From NCBI GenBank assembly GCA_041484665.1, contig JBGPIA010000017.1, positions 1-64,000 on the forward strand: a DNA stretch of 64,000 nt. Reading direction: 5' to 3'. The notes beneath the pieces are model-generated. The model made no database searches, was not told where the DNA came from, and saw only the letters and a program-made list of their open reading frames with translations. Below, piece after piece: positions 1-10,795 of this stretch (positions are counted from its first letter, which is position 1; the number at the start of each line of letters is the position of its first letter). This DNA is from Candidatus Krumholzibacteriia bacterium. GTDB lineage: Bacteria; Krumholzibacteriota; Krumholzibacteriia; JAJRXK01. The position numbers and the translations under genes are program-made.

Positions 1-1
1 G

Positions 2-832
<831 letters not shown>

Positions 833-859
833 TCGGACCGCGGATCGAGTTGCACCGGA

Positions 860-891
860 GGCGCCGGTCGTTCCACGGGGCGGCCGGCGCC
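860..891 (+). terminator. GC-rich hairpin after groEL, possible terminator
   Basis: GCGCCGGTCG (861-870) pairs with CGGCCGGCGC (881-890) with one G-U; no clear U-tract. Confidence 0.35.
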
Positions 892-919
892 GCGTTCCCC
901 TGAGCAGATTGACGCGACG

Positions 920-2260
920 ATGCAGCGGAGGGTCCCGCCCCTGGCGAAGCGGCGCTCGTCCCGATGCCCGGTGGCGAGCGCCGATTCAAGCTTGCGCCTT
1001 CGGCCGGCCCGGTCCGCGGGGGCGAAGTTGCGCCGCTTCGCAGTGCTCGCCGGACTGGCCGCACTCGCGCTCATGGTTGGCCTGGCGGGCGTCGCCGGCC
1101 CTGCCCGCGCGCAGCTCCCCGAGCACGTTGTCGTCGTCTTCCTCGATGGACCACGCTTCCACGAGACCATCGGCCAACCCGAGCACATTCCATGGCTATG
1201 GGGGCAGCTGCGCCCCGCCGGTGCGGTGCTGACGGAGTTCTACAACCTGGGCACCACCATGACCGTCTCCGGCCACGCCAGCGTCATGACTGGCACGTTG
1301 CAGGACCTGCGCAATGACGGCAGCGAGCGGCCCCACGCCCCCACGTTCTTCGAGCTGCTCCGCATGCAGTCCGGCCTGCCTGCGGAGTCGCTGTGGGTCG
1401 TCGCGGGCAAGCGCAAGCTCGCGGCGCTCTCGCACAGCGACTGCCCTGGGTACGGCGCAGACTTCGGTGCGCGGGACAGCGTGGAGCTGGGCCCTGATCC
1501 ATCGACCTTCGCGGTGCTGGCATCGGTGCTCACAAACTGGCGGCCGCGTTTGACACTGGTGAACCTTGCGAGCATCGACCTGCGCGGGCATGACGGCGAT
1601 TGGGATGGGTACCTCGCTGCGATCACCATCGCCGACTCGCTCCTTGGGCGAGTCTGGGAGGTCGTGCAAGCGGATCCACAGCTATCGGGAACGACCACGC
1701 TGCTGGTGACCTACGACCACGGCCGCCACGACAGCCTCCACGACCAGCCACACGACGGATTCGCAAACCATGGCTGCCCGTGCCACGGCTGCCGCCACAT
1801 TGCGCTGTTCGCCCGCGGGCCGGGGATCCGCGCCGGCGTGCAGTCGCCGCTGCCACGTGACATGCGCGATCTGGGCGCGACGATCGCGCTGTTGCTGGGC
1901 GTGCAGGCGCCCACGATCCAGGGGCGTCCGATCGCGGAGATCCTCACCCTGCCCGGCATCAAGCCCGAGGGTCCTCCGCGCCCGGCGGCCTGCATCGCGA
2001 GCCTGGGCACCAACCGAGTGGCAGCCCAGCTCTCCATGACCGTGCAGCTTACGTCCGAGGCGTCCGTGGACCTGGGAGTCTACGATCTGCAGGGCGTCTG
2101 CGTCCGATCGTTGCAGACGGGCCGCTTGGCCGCGGGAGCGCGCGCCTTCGTGTGGGACGGGCGCACGCGGAATGGGCAGGAGGCCACCTCAGGCGTGTAC
2201 ACCGTACGCCTCTTCGCTCCTGGCTCGGTGGACGTGGCCCAGGGGCTGCTCGCGCGCTGA
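920..2260 (+). CDS. Exported alkaline-phosphatase/sulfatase-superfamily protein with C-terminal FlgD-type (T9SS-like) domain; true start probably downstream of 920
   Basis: Signal-like FAVLAGLAALALMVGLAGVAGPARA; VVVVFLDG, TVSGHASVMTG, DLRGH, TYDHG metal motifs; VYDLQG..VRSL..WDGR..SGVY tail. Confidence 0.75.
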   Translation: MQRRVPPLAKRRSSRCPVASADSSLRLRPARSAGAKLRRFAVLAGLAALALMVGLAGVAGPARAQLPEHVVVVFLDGPRFHETIGQPEHIPWLWGQLRPAGAVLTEFYNLGTTMTVSGHASVMTGTLQDLRNDGSERPHAPTFFELLRMQSGLPAESLWVVAGKRKLAALSHSDCPGYGADFGARDSVELGPDPSTFAVLASVLTNWRPRLTLVNLASIDLRGHDGDWDGYLAAITIADSLLGRVWEVVQADPQLSGTTTLLVTYDHGRHDSLHDQPHDGFANHGCPCHGCRHIALFARGPGIRAGVQSPLPRDMRDLGATIALLLGVQAPTIQGRPIAEILTLPGIKPEGPPRPAACIASLGTNRVAAQLSMTVQLTSEASVDLGVYDLQGVCVRSLQTGRLAAGARAFVWDGRTRNGQEATSGVYTVRLFAPGSVDVAQGLLAR

Positions 2261-2276
2261 GGAGGCGCACAGCGCC

Positions 2277-2966
2277 ATGCCCGGCGATCCCTCTTGGCTG
2301 CCGCCGGAGGAACGACTGTTCCTACCCGGTCCCGCCGGGCGCCTTTGCGCCCTCCACCGCGCCGTCGCGCCGAAGCCCGCGCCCCGCGTGGCCGCGCTGC
2401 TCTGCCACCCCCACCCGCTGCTCGGCGGGACGATGGACAACAAGCTGCTGTACCGCCTCGCCAAGCGCCTGCCCGCCGCGCTCGGTGCCCCGGCGCTGCG
2501 GTTCAACTTCCGTGGGACGGGCCAGAGCGCCGGCGCCCATGACGGCGGCCGCGGTGAAGTGGACGACGCCACTGCCGCGCTGGACTGGCTGCAGGCGCGC
2601 TGGCCCGGCGTTCCGTTGGCGGTGGTGGGATATTCGTTCGGCGCAGTGGTGGGGCTGTGCGCGGGTGCGCGGCATCCGCAGGTGCGCTGGCTGATCGGCT
2701 TGGGGCTGCCGTTGCAACAGGAGTGGTCCCTGGAGTTCCTGCGCGAAACGCGCAGGCCCCGCCTGTTCGTCCACGGCGAGCACGACGAATTCGCCAACGG
2801 GGTGGAGCTGCTGGCCTTCGTGCGCGAGCTGCCGGGCCCGGTCAGCGTGCGGCTGATCCCGGGCGCCGACCACCTCTTCAAGGGCGTGGAGGACGAGGCC
2901 GTCGCCGCCGTGGTCCGCTACCTCGGCGACGTCACCGCTCCCGACGAGAACGACCTCGATGTGTAA
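2277..2966 (+). CDS. Alpha/beta-fold hydrolase
   Basis: CHPHPLLGGTMDNK, RFNFRGTG, nucleophile GYSFG, HGEHDE, GADHLF; GGAGG RBS at 2261 before ATG 2277. Confidence 0.9.
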   Translation: MPGDPSWLPPEERLFLPGPAGRLCALHRAVAPKPAPRVAALLCHPHPLLGGTMDNKLLYRLAKRLPAALGAPALRFNFRGTGQSAGAHDGGRGEVDDATAALDWLQARWPGVPLAVVGYSFGAVVGLCAGARHPQVRWLIGLGLPLQQEWSLEFLRETRRPRLFVHGEHDEFANGVELLAFVRELPGPVSVRLIPGADHLFKGVEDEAVAAVVRYLGDVTAPDENDLDV

Positions 2967-2991
2967 CCGGAGTGCGCCGATCGCGCAGGGC

Positions 2992-3339
2992 TCAGATCGG
3001 CTCGGCGATGTCCCAGCCGCGCTCGCGCTCCTCCGCCTGGATCTGCTCGAGTGTCCGGGCGCCCGGCAGGGGGCCGGTCCGCTCCGTGATATTGCGCCCC
3101 GCGGTGAACAGCTCGGCGTTCTTCGCCGTCCACTCCTTGTACTCAGCGGGCAGATCGTCCTCGGCCCAGATGGCGTGGATCGGACACTCCGCCACGCACA
3201 ACGTGCAGTCGATGCAGGTGTCCGGATCGATCACCAGCATGGGTGGGTCGTCGGTCTCCCAGAAGCAGTCGACGGGGCACACCTCGACGCAGTCGGTGTA
3301 GCGGCACTTGACGCAGCGTGCGGTGACGATATGCGGCAT
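2992..3339 (-). CDS. fdxA: 7Fe ([3Fe-4S]/[4Fe-4S]) FdxA-type ferredoxin
   Basis: CVKCRYTDCVEVCPVDCF and IDPDTCIDCTLCVAECPIHAI; AAGGAGG RBS upstream of ATG 3339. Confidence 0.9.
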   Translation of the reverse strand: MPHIVTARCVKCRYTDCVEVCPVDCFWETDDPPMLVIDPDTCIDCTLCVAECPIHAIWAEDDLPAEYKEWTAKNAELFTAGRNITERTGPLPGARTLEQIQAEERERGWDIAEPI

Positions 3340-3604
3340 CGGAGCTGCCTCCTTGGCGAAGGGGCACGGGGTCAAGGGTCGCGCCCGAGGGGCCGGTCCG
3401 GCCAATCCCAGGCCTGGCGAGGGCAGAGGTTATCCGGCACCCCACGCGGCGTCAACGGTCGCAGCGCCTGCAGGGCGCCGGGGCGGCCGGGGCCCCCCGA
3501 CCGTGGGGCTTGAACGGCAACCCTACGCTGCTGCTATACTCTCCCCTAAGCGTTCACCTGCGCCAGCCCCCCCCCACGACACCCACATTTCGAGGCAGAT
3601 CACG

Positions 3605-5245
3605 ATGACGCACAGCAAGAAGACCCGGTCGCCGGCGGAACGTGCAGCCGCCGGGAACGGTGACGCCGTTTCCAATGCTCCATCCGACCCGTTCTTCTCC
3701 ACCCTTTCAGACAGCTCCTTCACCTCCAGCGGCGGCGAAGCGACCGACGACGGCCGGGCCAGCGTGCCCGGGGGCGAGACTGCCGAGGGTTCGGAGGCGG
3801 ACGTGGTGGAAGTGGAGATGGAGCCGGCACCTGCTGCGTCCACGGGTGACGCGGGAGCGGGCGACGGCGCGGAACCGGGAGCCGGGACCGGCGCACAAGC
3901 CCACGAGGAAGCCCTCGCGACGACCGGCGAGGTGGCGAGTACGGTCGCGGACGTCGGAGCCGCCGCAGGAGCCCCCGAGGAAGTGCCCATTGATCCGGCG
4001 ATCGCGGCCGCGCTGCACGCGGCGACGGCTGCTGCCGGTGGACCGAGCCTCAGAGTCGGCAAGCGGCTGAAGGCGAAGATCGTCCAGATCGGCGAGACCG
4101 ACTGCTTCCTCGACTTCGGCGGCCGCAGCGAGGGGACGCTGCCGCTCGCGGAGATGAAGGACGCGCAGGGTCAGCTCAAACATCAGGTGGGCGAGGAGCT
4201 GGAGGTCGCGGTCAAACAGCTGGGCGACGTGGTGCTGTTCACGCTGGCCCGCAAGGGCCCGCCCCCGATCCTGGGCAAGCTGCAGCAGTCCTTCGAGCAG
4301 GGTGCGCCGGTGCAAGGCCTCGTCCGCAAGACCAACAAGGGCGGATTCGACGTGAGCCTGCGCGGCGCCCGCGCGTTCTGCCCCATGTCGCAGATCGAGC
4401 TGGGGCACTGCACCAATCCCGAGCAGTACGTCGGGCAGAAACTGCAGTTCGCCATCATCACGTTCGAGCGCGGCGGCCGGAACATCGTGGTCAGCCACCG
4501 TAAGGTGCTCGAGGCGCAGGCCAAGGAGGCCGCGACGCGGACCCGCGAGCGGCTGGCGGTGGGCCAAGCGTTCGACGGGGTCGTGCGACGCATCCAGCCC
4601 TACGGGGCCTTCGTGGACATCGGTGGGCTGGACGGCTTGCTGCACGTCAGCGAGATCAGCCGCACCCGCATCATCAACCCCGCCGACGTGCTCAAGGTCG
4701 GACAGACGGTCCAGGTGAAGGTGATCCGCGTCGAGAGCCAGGGCACCGACAAGGAGCGAATCAGCCTCAGCATGAAGGACTTCGAGCCCGACCCCTGGTC
4801 CGACATCGCCAACCTGCTGAAGGAGGGTGAGGTCGTGAAGGGCCGCGTGGTGCGTCTGACCGACTTCGGGGCCTTCGTCCAGCTGAACGCCGGGATTGAC
4901 GGGTTGATCCACATCTCGGAGATTTCCCGCCAGCGGATCATCCACCCCAAGGATGTGCTCGCGGTCGGCCAGGAGTTGGACGTGCGCGTCCTGAAGGTGG
5001 ATCCGGAGAAGCAGCGGGTCTCGCTGTCGCTTCGCGGCCTGACCGAGGAGGAGCCGGAACCCGCCCCGCCGCCGCGTCGCGAGCTGCGCCCCCGCTCCGA
5101 TCGCGGCGAGCAGGCGGAGAGCGGTCCGCGTCGGCGGCTCCATCGCGAGGAGTCCGAGAGCGACGGTGACGGATCGGTCGCGCAGCCGATGAACTACGAC
5201 GAGAAGCTCGAGGCGCTCAAGCGCAAGTTCAACGTTCGCGCCTAG
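3605..5245 (+). CDS. S1-repeat RNA-binding protein (RpsA-like, four S1 domains) with long acidic Ala-rich N-terminus
   Basis: CFLDFGGRSEG, GGFDVSLRGARAFCPMSQI, YGAFVDIGGLDGLLHVSEIS, FGAFVQLNAGIDGLIHISEIS; GAGG before ATG 3605. Confidence 0.85.
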   Translation: MTHSKKTRSPAERAAAGNGDAVSNAPSDPFFSTLSDSSFTSSGGEATDDGRASVPGGETAEGSEADVVEVEMEPAPAASTGDAGAGDGAEPGAGTGAQAHEEALATTGEVASTVADVGAAAGAPEEVPIDPAIAAALHAATAAAGGPSLRVGKRLKAKIVQIGETDCFLDFGGRSEGTLPLAEMKDAQGQLKHQVGEELEVAVKQLGDVVLFTLARKGPPPILGKLQQSFEQGAPVQGLVRKTNKGGFDVSLRGARAFCPMSQIELGHCTNPEQYVGQKLQFAIITFERGGRNIVVSHRKVLEAQAKEAATRTRERLAVGQAFDGVVRRIQPYGAFVDIGGLDGLLHVSEISRTRIINPADVLKVGQTVQVKVIRVESQGTDKERISLSMKDFEPDPWSDIANLLKEGEVVKGRVVRLTDFGAFVQLNAGIDGLIHISEISRQRIIHPKDVLAVGQELDVRVLKVDPEKQRVSLSLRGLTEEEPEPAPPPRRELRPRSDRGEQAESGPRRRLHREESESDGDGSVAQPMNYDEKLEALKRKFNVRA

Positions 5246-5285
5246 TGCGGGCGGGTCAGCGCCCAAAGCGTGCCTTGTCCGCACC

Positions 5286-6059
5286 TTGGACGCGCCGAGC
5301 CGACGTCGTTCCCGGCCACCGGCCGCCGTCGGCCTGCACACCTCCAGCAGAAAGGCATCGCACGTGAAGGTCGCAGCACGCGCTGCCAGTCCGTCGCGGC
5401 TGGCGCTCACGATTGTCGCTTGCGCCGCGTTCGCCCTGGCGGGGCTGGGCGCATGCTCGAAGAAGTCGGCAACGGATCAGCACACCCAGCAGTCCGCGCA
5501 GGCGCCGGCCGGCGGCATGCCGGGTGCGATGTCAGGCGGGGCGCAGGGTGGTGCGTCGGGCATGCTGGGTGGCGCGCCTCCCCACGCCCCCATGCTGCAC
5601 TACAAGACACCGCAGGGCTGGATCCAGGAGCCGCCGGCAAGCCAGATGCGCCTGGCGCAGTACCGCCTGCCCCGCGCCGAGGGCGACCCCGAGAACGCCA
5701 GCCTCGCGCTGTTCTACTTCGGCCCCCAGGCGGGAGGCGGCACCCAGGCGAACATCGACCGCTGGATCTCCCAGATGTCCGGCGCGAATGGCGGCCCACC
5801 AACCAACCACGGCCTGACCCAGGCCGACGTGAACGGCTTGAAGGTCAGCACCGTGGACGTCAGCGGCACGTATGCGGGCGACAGCATGATGGGCGGCGCG
5901 CCCACGCCCAAGCCCAACTACCGCCTGCTGGCCTCGGTGGTCGAGACGCCTGCGGGCAACTACTATCTGAAGCTCACCGGGCCCGAGGCCACCGTGCAGA
6001 AGTGGCTCGCCGGATACCAGGAGATGCTGAAGAGCGTTTCGGTCGCCAGCAACTCCTGA
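5286..6059 (+). CDS. Putative lipoprotein of unknown function (start uncertain, possibly GTG ~5364)
   Basis: Hydrophobic stretch ending in lipobox LGAC; Gly/Met linker; globular part MRLAQYRLP..GGGTQANIDRWISQ..YYLKLTGP. Confidence 0.7.
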   Translation: MDAPSRRRSRPPAAVGLHTSSRKASHVKVAARAASPSRLALTIVACAAFALAGLGACSKKSATDQHTQQSAQAPAGGMPGAMSGGAQGGASGMLGGAPPHAPMLHYKTPQGWIQEPPASQMRLAQYRLPRAEGDPENASLALFYFGPQAGGGTQANIDRWISQMSGANGGPPTNHGLTQADVNGLKVSTVDVSGTYAGDSMMGGAPTPKPNYRLLASVVETPAGNYYLKLTGPEATVQKWLAGYQEMLKSVSVASNS

Positions 6060-6190
6060 GCTCGCCGCGCAGCTGACCGCGCCCCTTCGCGACGCTTGCC
6101 TGCGACGTCCCGCGGGTCCAGCCAGCGCGCCGCCGCGTCTCCTCGCAGCCCCGGCCGGCCTGCGCGCAGAACTCCGCGCCCCCCGGCCCT

Positions 6191-6280
6191 TTAGCCCGTC
6201 GCAGCGATCTCCGGTTGCTGCGGCACCTTGAGCTCGAGCATCAAGAGCGTGATGGCGATGGCCATGACGCTTCGCTGCGG
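6191..6280 (-). pseudogene. Short remnant of a TMEM175-family K+ channel gene (TM1 only)
   Basis: 6268->6191 translates VMAIAITLLMLELKVPQQPEIAATG*, resembling the TMEM175 FSDGVFAIAITLLVLEIKVP signature; FSD part disrupted. Confidence 0.5.
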
Positions 6281-6334
6281 GCCATGCGGCGATCGGTGGA
6301 GGAGAGACCGCACGTCAGGGGGCGTCGAGGTGGA

Positions 6335-6625
6335 TCACCGTGAGGGGCCGTCCGGATGCTCGATGCGAAACTCCCGGTGGGGCGCGTAGAACGGATACGT
6401 GATGGGCTCAGCGACAACGCCCGCCGCCGCCAGCGCGACCCGCATCTCGGGCACGTCGGCGCAAGAAAGATAGAACAGCACGCCCTGCTGGCTCGCGATG
6501 ATCGGCTCACGGGCCCGTGCCAGCCTGAGCTTCGCGCCGCCCGACTCCAGACAGGCCCAGGTCGGCTCGGCGTGGCCCTGCGGCGTGAAGGTGTTGCCCG
6601 CCGCGAACCCCCACCTGGGGCAGGC
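6335..6625 (-). pseudogene. Degenerate VOC/glyoxalase-family gene fragment
   Basis: WACLESGGAKLRLA..QGVLFYLSCADV..ITYPFYAPHREFRIEHPDG; no intact N- or C-terminus. Confidence 0.6.
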
Positions 6626-6744
6626 GCGACGTCGTTCTTCGAGACCCTGCGGAGCCCAAGCCGCGGGCGCAACGCAAGCGGCCTCCGCACGGGGAGTACG
6701 CGGAGGCCGCATTATGGATCGCGAGAGCTGAAACGCCGTCGATC

Positions 6745-7239
6745 CTAGTATCTCGACTTGATCATGCCCCACGTGGTCTGGTCGTCGGGAACACCTACGC
6801 AGCTGAAGCATTCCTCCTGCTCCACGATGACCTCTCCCTGAGGTCCCGTGAATTGCACGTGGTAGCAGCAGAGGACAGGGTTGTCCAGGATCATCGAGAA
6901 ACCGCTCAGCGTCCCGCCCGTACCGACGCACGCCGTCGCGGCTGTCGCCACCCAGCTCGCTCCTCCGCTGGCATCGAGCTGGCAGGCCCAGTCCGCGGGC
7001 GCCTCGCAACCGCGCACCAGGCAGCCAGCCAGCGGCGGCTGGGGCTCTGGAATCAGATGCAGATCGCAGACCGGCACCGTCAGCGAGAAGTTCACCAGTG
7101 TGAACGTCACGCGCAGGGCGTCGGATCCCGGTATCCGCTCGCACGGGCCCTGGACCAGGGCTGCGTCGGCGAGCGCCAGGCTCGGCAAGAGTGTGACCGC
7201 CAAGATCGCAATCAACGCACTCGTAGAACGTTTGGACAT
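6745..7239 (-). CDS. Small exported Cys-rich protein ending in TWGMIKSRY
   Basis: GAGGAGG RBS; signal peptide ALIAILAVTLLPSLALA; about 10 Cys; C-terminal TTWGMIKSRY. Confidence 0.8.
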   Translation of the reverse strand: MSKRSTSALIAILAVTLLPSLALADAALVQGPCERIPGSDALRVTFTLVNFSLTVPVCDLHLIPEPQPPLAGCLVRGCEAPADWACQLDASGGASWVATAATACVGTGGTLSGFSMILDNPVLCCYHVQFTGPQGEVIVEQEECFSCVGVPDDQTTWGMIKSRY

Positions 7240-7559
7240 GCGAACCTCCTCATCCGTGACATTCGGAAGAAGCCCTTCGCGCGGAGGGAGAGGCGCCGGT
7301 GGACCCCGTGCGCCCGACTTTGGCGCACGACGGACTGTACCAAGTGAACCCGGGCCCGTCGAGACCCAATCCTGGCGGGGTTCGCCGGATGCTCGCCCCG
7401 GGGATCGAGCCGGGCGCGCATGCTATCGCTCCGGGTGGGTGGGGGTTCCCGCCCGGGATCAGACGCGGACCCAGCTCGTGCCCCTCCGAGGCGTGGATTC
7501 GGCATCGAGATCAGCCCGTAGCTGACCGGAGCCTCCCCAGCGGTGGCGCGCCCAGGCCG

Positions 7560-10500
7560 TCACTCTCCGCTGGCCGTGAAAGCAGCCCAATGGAACGGGT
7601 GCGTGGAGCGGCCATCGTGACGCCTGGCGACCAGCACGGCACGGTTCGCGCAGCGCAGTGCCTGCCCGGCCGAGGTCGCGCCCGCGGCGCGGGCCGTGTA
7701 GAGCGCCCGCATCCACTCCCGCGCAGCGTCGCCCTCCACGGCCCACTGACTGGCGATCATGGTGCGTGCGCCTGCCAGGTGGAAGGCGCGGCGCATGCCG
7801 AGCGAACCGTCGCGGGACCAGCCTTGCGCCAAACCGGTGTGACAGGCCGAGAGCACCACCCAGTCGGTACCCTCGAGATCGAGGGTCACGACCTCTTCAG
7901 CGGTGAACAGCCCCTCGTTCTCATCCCAATCGTGGTCGCTCGCCTGGTTGGCGCCCGCGAGCGCGAGCCACACTCTCCGACCGACCCATGGGGAGATCCT
8001 GGACTCCGCGCCGGCCGACGCACTTGAAACGGGGCGTGCCGCCGGGCGCGCCGGCGGTGGCACCGGCGGGCCCGACGTGTGAATTTGCGCGATCGCCGAG
8101 ACGCCACCGACGCCGCGCGTCCCCCTCAGGGCGGTTGCGCAGGTGTCGCGGGCGACCACGCCATGGGTTGCCAGATGCAGGACCGCGCGTCCCGGCGCCG
8201 CGCGTTGACGGCGGATTCGCTCGCCGCGGCACCGAGGAGGAGCACGGCCTCGCGCCCGCCGCGCCTGGCACGCCACTGGCGGGCCGCGTCCTGCGACTCG
8301 GCGCCGGTTTCGGGCAGCGGCGCCAGCGCGAAGCTCCCCGTCTGCAACGATGAACACGTCTCTCACGCTGTGAAGCGGTGGAGCGATTCGATCCCAAGTG
8401 AGCCTGCGAGCCTCGCGCCCGAGCCGCCGGCAGGCGTACTCCTGCGCGCCGTCCGGGGGCGCGGCCGCCCCCGGGGATGCGGCGAGTTGCTCCCGCCACG
8501 CGTCGAGGGCGGCCTGGAGCTTTGCCGAGGGACCGAGCTCGATGCGCGCGATGTCGTTGTGTCCACCGCGCGTGATGAACGCGATCACGCGCGCGGAATC
8601 GGACCGCGAGCTGATCTCGGCGAATGAGACGAGCGCCTGACCTGCGTACGCAGGCGCTCCCGCACCTCGGGCAGCCCCACCTCAGAGGGCGCGGACTCCA
8701 GGTTGCGGCTCGCGCGGGTCCGGGCGTAGACGCGCTCGGCCTCCTCGGCCGCGGCGCGCAATCCTTCCACCGCGGATCGCGCGGTGGAGTCCCGCGGCGT
8801 CCCCGCCGCGCTCACCAGACGCTGCGCTAAGCGGTGCTGCGCATCGACCCACCGCGAGTGGGTGCCGACGATGGTCGTGTCGGACCGCAGCGTGGTCGGC
8901 AGCCGCCGCCGCGCGAGCTCGGCGCGACCAGCCCGCGCGAGCGCACCAGGCGATCCCATGCGATCGCGAGACGCTGCGGGTCGCCGCCGCGCGAGAGATC
9001 CAGGACCAGGTCGAGGAAGCGGGACTGCCGACCCGCGAGCTCGCGAGCGCGCCGATCGGGGAGGGCCTGCGCGTTGAGATGCAGGAGCTCGCGCGAACTG
9101 CGGTCGGCCTCCAGCGCCTCCGTGAAGGCCTCCGCCGCGCGGCCCAGGCGGCGAGCCGCACGGGCGCTCCAGTAGTGGACGGTCGCCCGGGTCATCGTGG
9201 AGCCGCGCGCGTACGCGTCGGCCAGCTTTACGAGCTCCGCCCGCGTGCTGTCCAGGGCGGCCAGATCCCCGGTGGCTTCCAGCACCGACATCAGGAGGTA
9301 GTGGGCGGTGGCGAGCGTCACGCCCCATGGCCTGCGCGGCTTGCGCTCGGTCTGGATGGCCCGCTCGCACGCCTGCCGCGCGGACGCATCATGCCCCTGC
9401 AGGTGAAGCACCTCCCCCTGCTAGCGCAGCGTGATCGCCAAGGACGGATCGGGCGGGCCCGGTCGAGCTGCCAGCGTCGTCTCCGCTTCGCGCAGGTACC
9501 GCAGCGCGGCCGCCGTGTCCCCCACACCGGCGCTGGCGATTCCGAGCGACACCTTCACGGCGGTGGTCCGCGAGTGTTGGAGACCGTAGTGCGACTCGAA
9601 GATGGGCAGTACGCTGGTGTAGGTCGCGCGCGCGCCCTCGTAGTCACTGAACTCCATGAGCCGATTGCCCATGTTCGCGCGCAGCAACGCGATCTGCAGA
9701 TCGTCCGGCGCGCGGTGCAAGCGCACGACGCGGATGGCTTCCTGGAGCAGATCGAGCGCGCGAGCCGAGTTCCCAGCCACGCCCTCGACCGTGGCAAGCT
9801 AGTTCAACGCTCCCTGCCGGCGGTAGGCGTCCCGCCCGAGCGCGCGAGTGTAGATGCCCACCGCGCGCTCCAGCAGTTGCCGCGCTTGGTCGAGATCGCC
9901 CAACTGCATCGTGCAGTTGCCGATCTCGGCGAGCAGGGCCGCCAGCGCGGGATCCTCCTCGCCGTGACGGCGCTCGCGGATGAACAGCGCGTGCCCGTAG
10001 GCCTCCAGCGCGGCACGGAAGTCCCTGCGGTTATGCTGAACACCAGCAAGTTGCGACCAGGTGTCGGCGACCAGCGTGTCATCCTGGGCCAGGCGCACCG
10101 TGCGGAGATCGAGCGCGCGCCGGACGTGGGTCAACGCGCTATCGGCGCGATCGGTCCCGGCCAGGATCCGGCCCATCAGTGCGTGCGCTGCTGCGACGTC
10201 AAGGTGATCGGCCCCGAGCTGCCGCTCGCGAATGCCCAGGCACCGCGCTGCGCAGCGCAACCCCACGCCGTCGGCGTACGAGGTGAGCTTCCAGCGTGCC
10301 TGGCCGATGCAAAAGAGCGCTTCCGCCATGGCGAGCGAGTCGGGCGCGGGGGCAGCCTCCAGCCGCGCCACGACTGCGCTGGCCACGCTATCGGTCGCAG
10401 CTCAGCGTTCCGCGGCCTGCAGGCGTCGTGCGGCCGCCAGCTCATCCGACACGCCGACGGCTGCCCCACTCCCGGACCCCACGGCAGCGCGCAGCGTGAC

Positions 10501-10716
10501 CCATGCCGCGATCAACAGCGCGCCCGTGAGAGCGGCCAGCCGCTGCAGCGAACCCGTGCCGCGCGCCCGGCGCTGCTGCCAGGCCCACGCGACCCCCACC
10601 TCCAAGCTGCGCTTGAACAGCGTGCGCCCGCCCCGCAGGACCCGCTCGATCCGTTTCCGCTCGAACTCGGGCCTAGAGACCCGCCGGCCGTCCGAGCTCA
10701 TCGGGTCCGCACCCAT
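7560..10716 (-). pseudogene. Decayed TPR-CHAT protease gene (CHAT1), paralog of 28884-32087
   Basis: Collinear fragments split by in-frame stops at 10402 (TGA), 9799 (TAG) and 9421 (TAG) plus frameshifts and a deletion; TPRs; LHLATHG, VVLSACHTG, HPFHWAAF. Confidence 0.85.
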
Positions 10717-10795
10717 GGCTTCCTCCTGGAGGGGATCGAGTGTACCTCGAAGGAGCGCCCCGCCGAAACGGAGGTCAGATCACCGGCCGGTGCGC

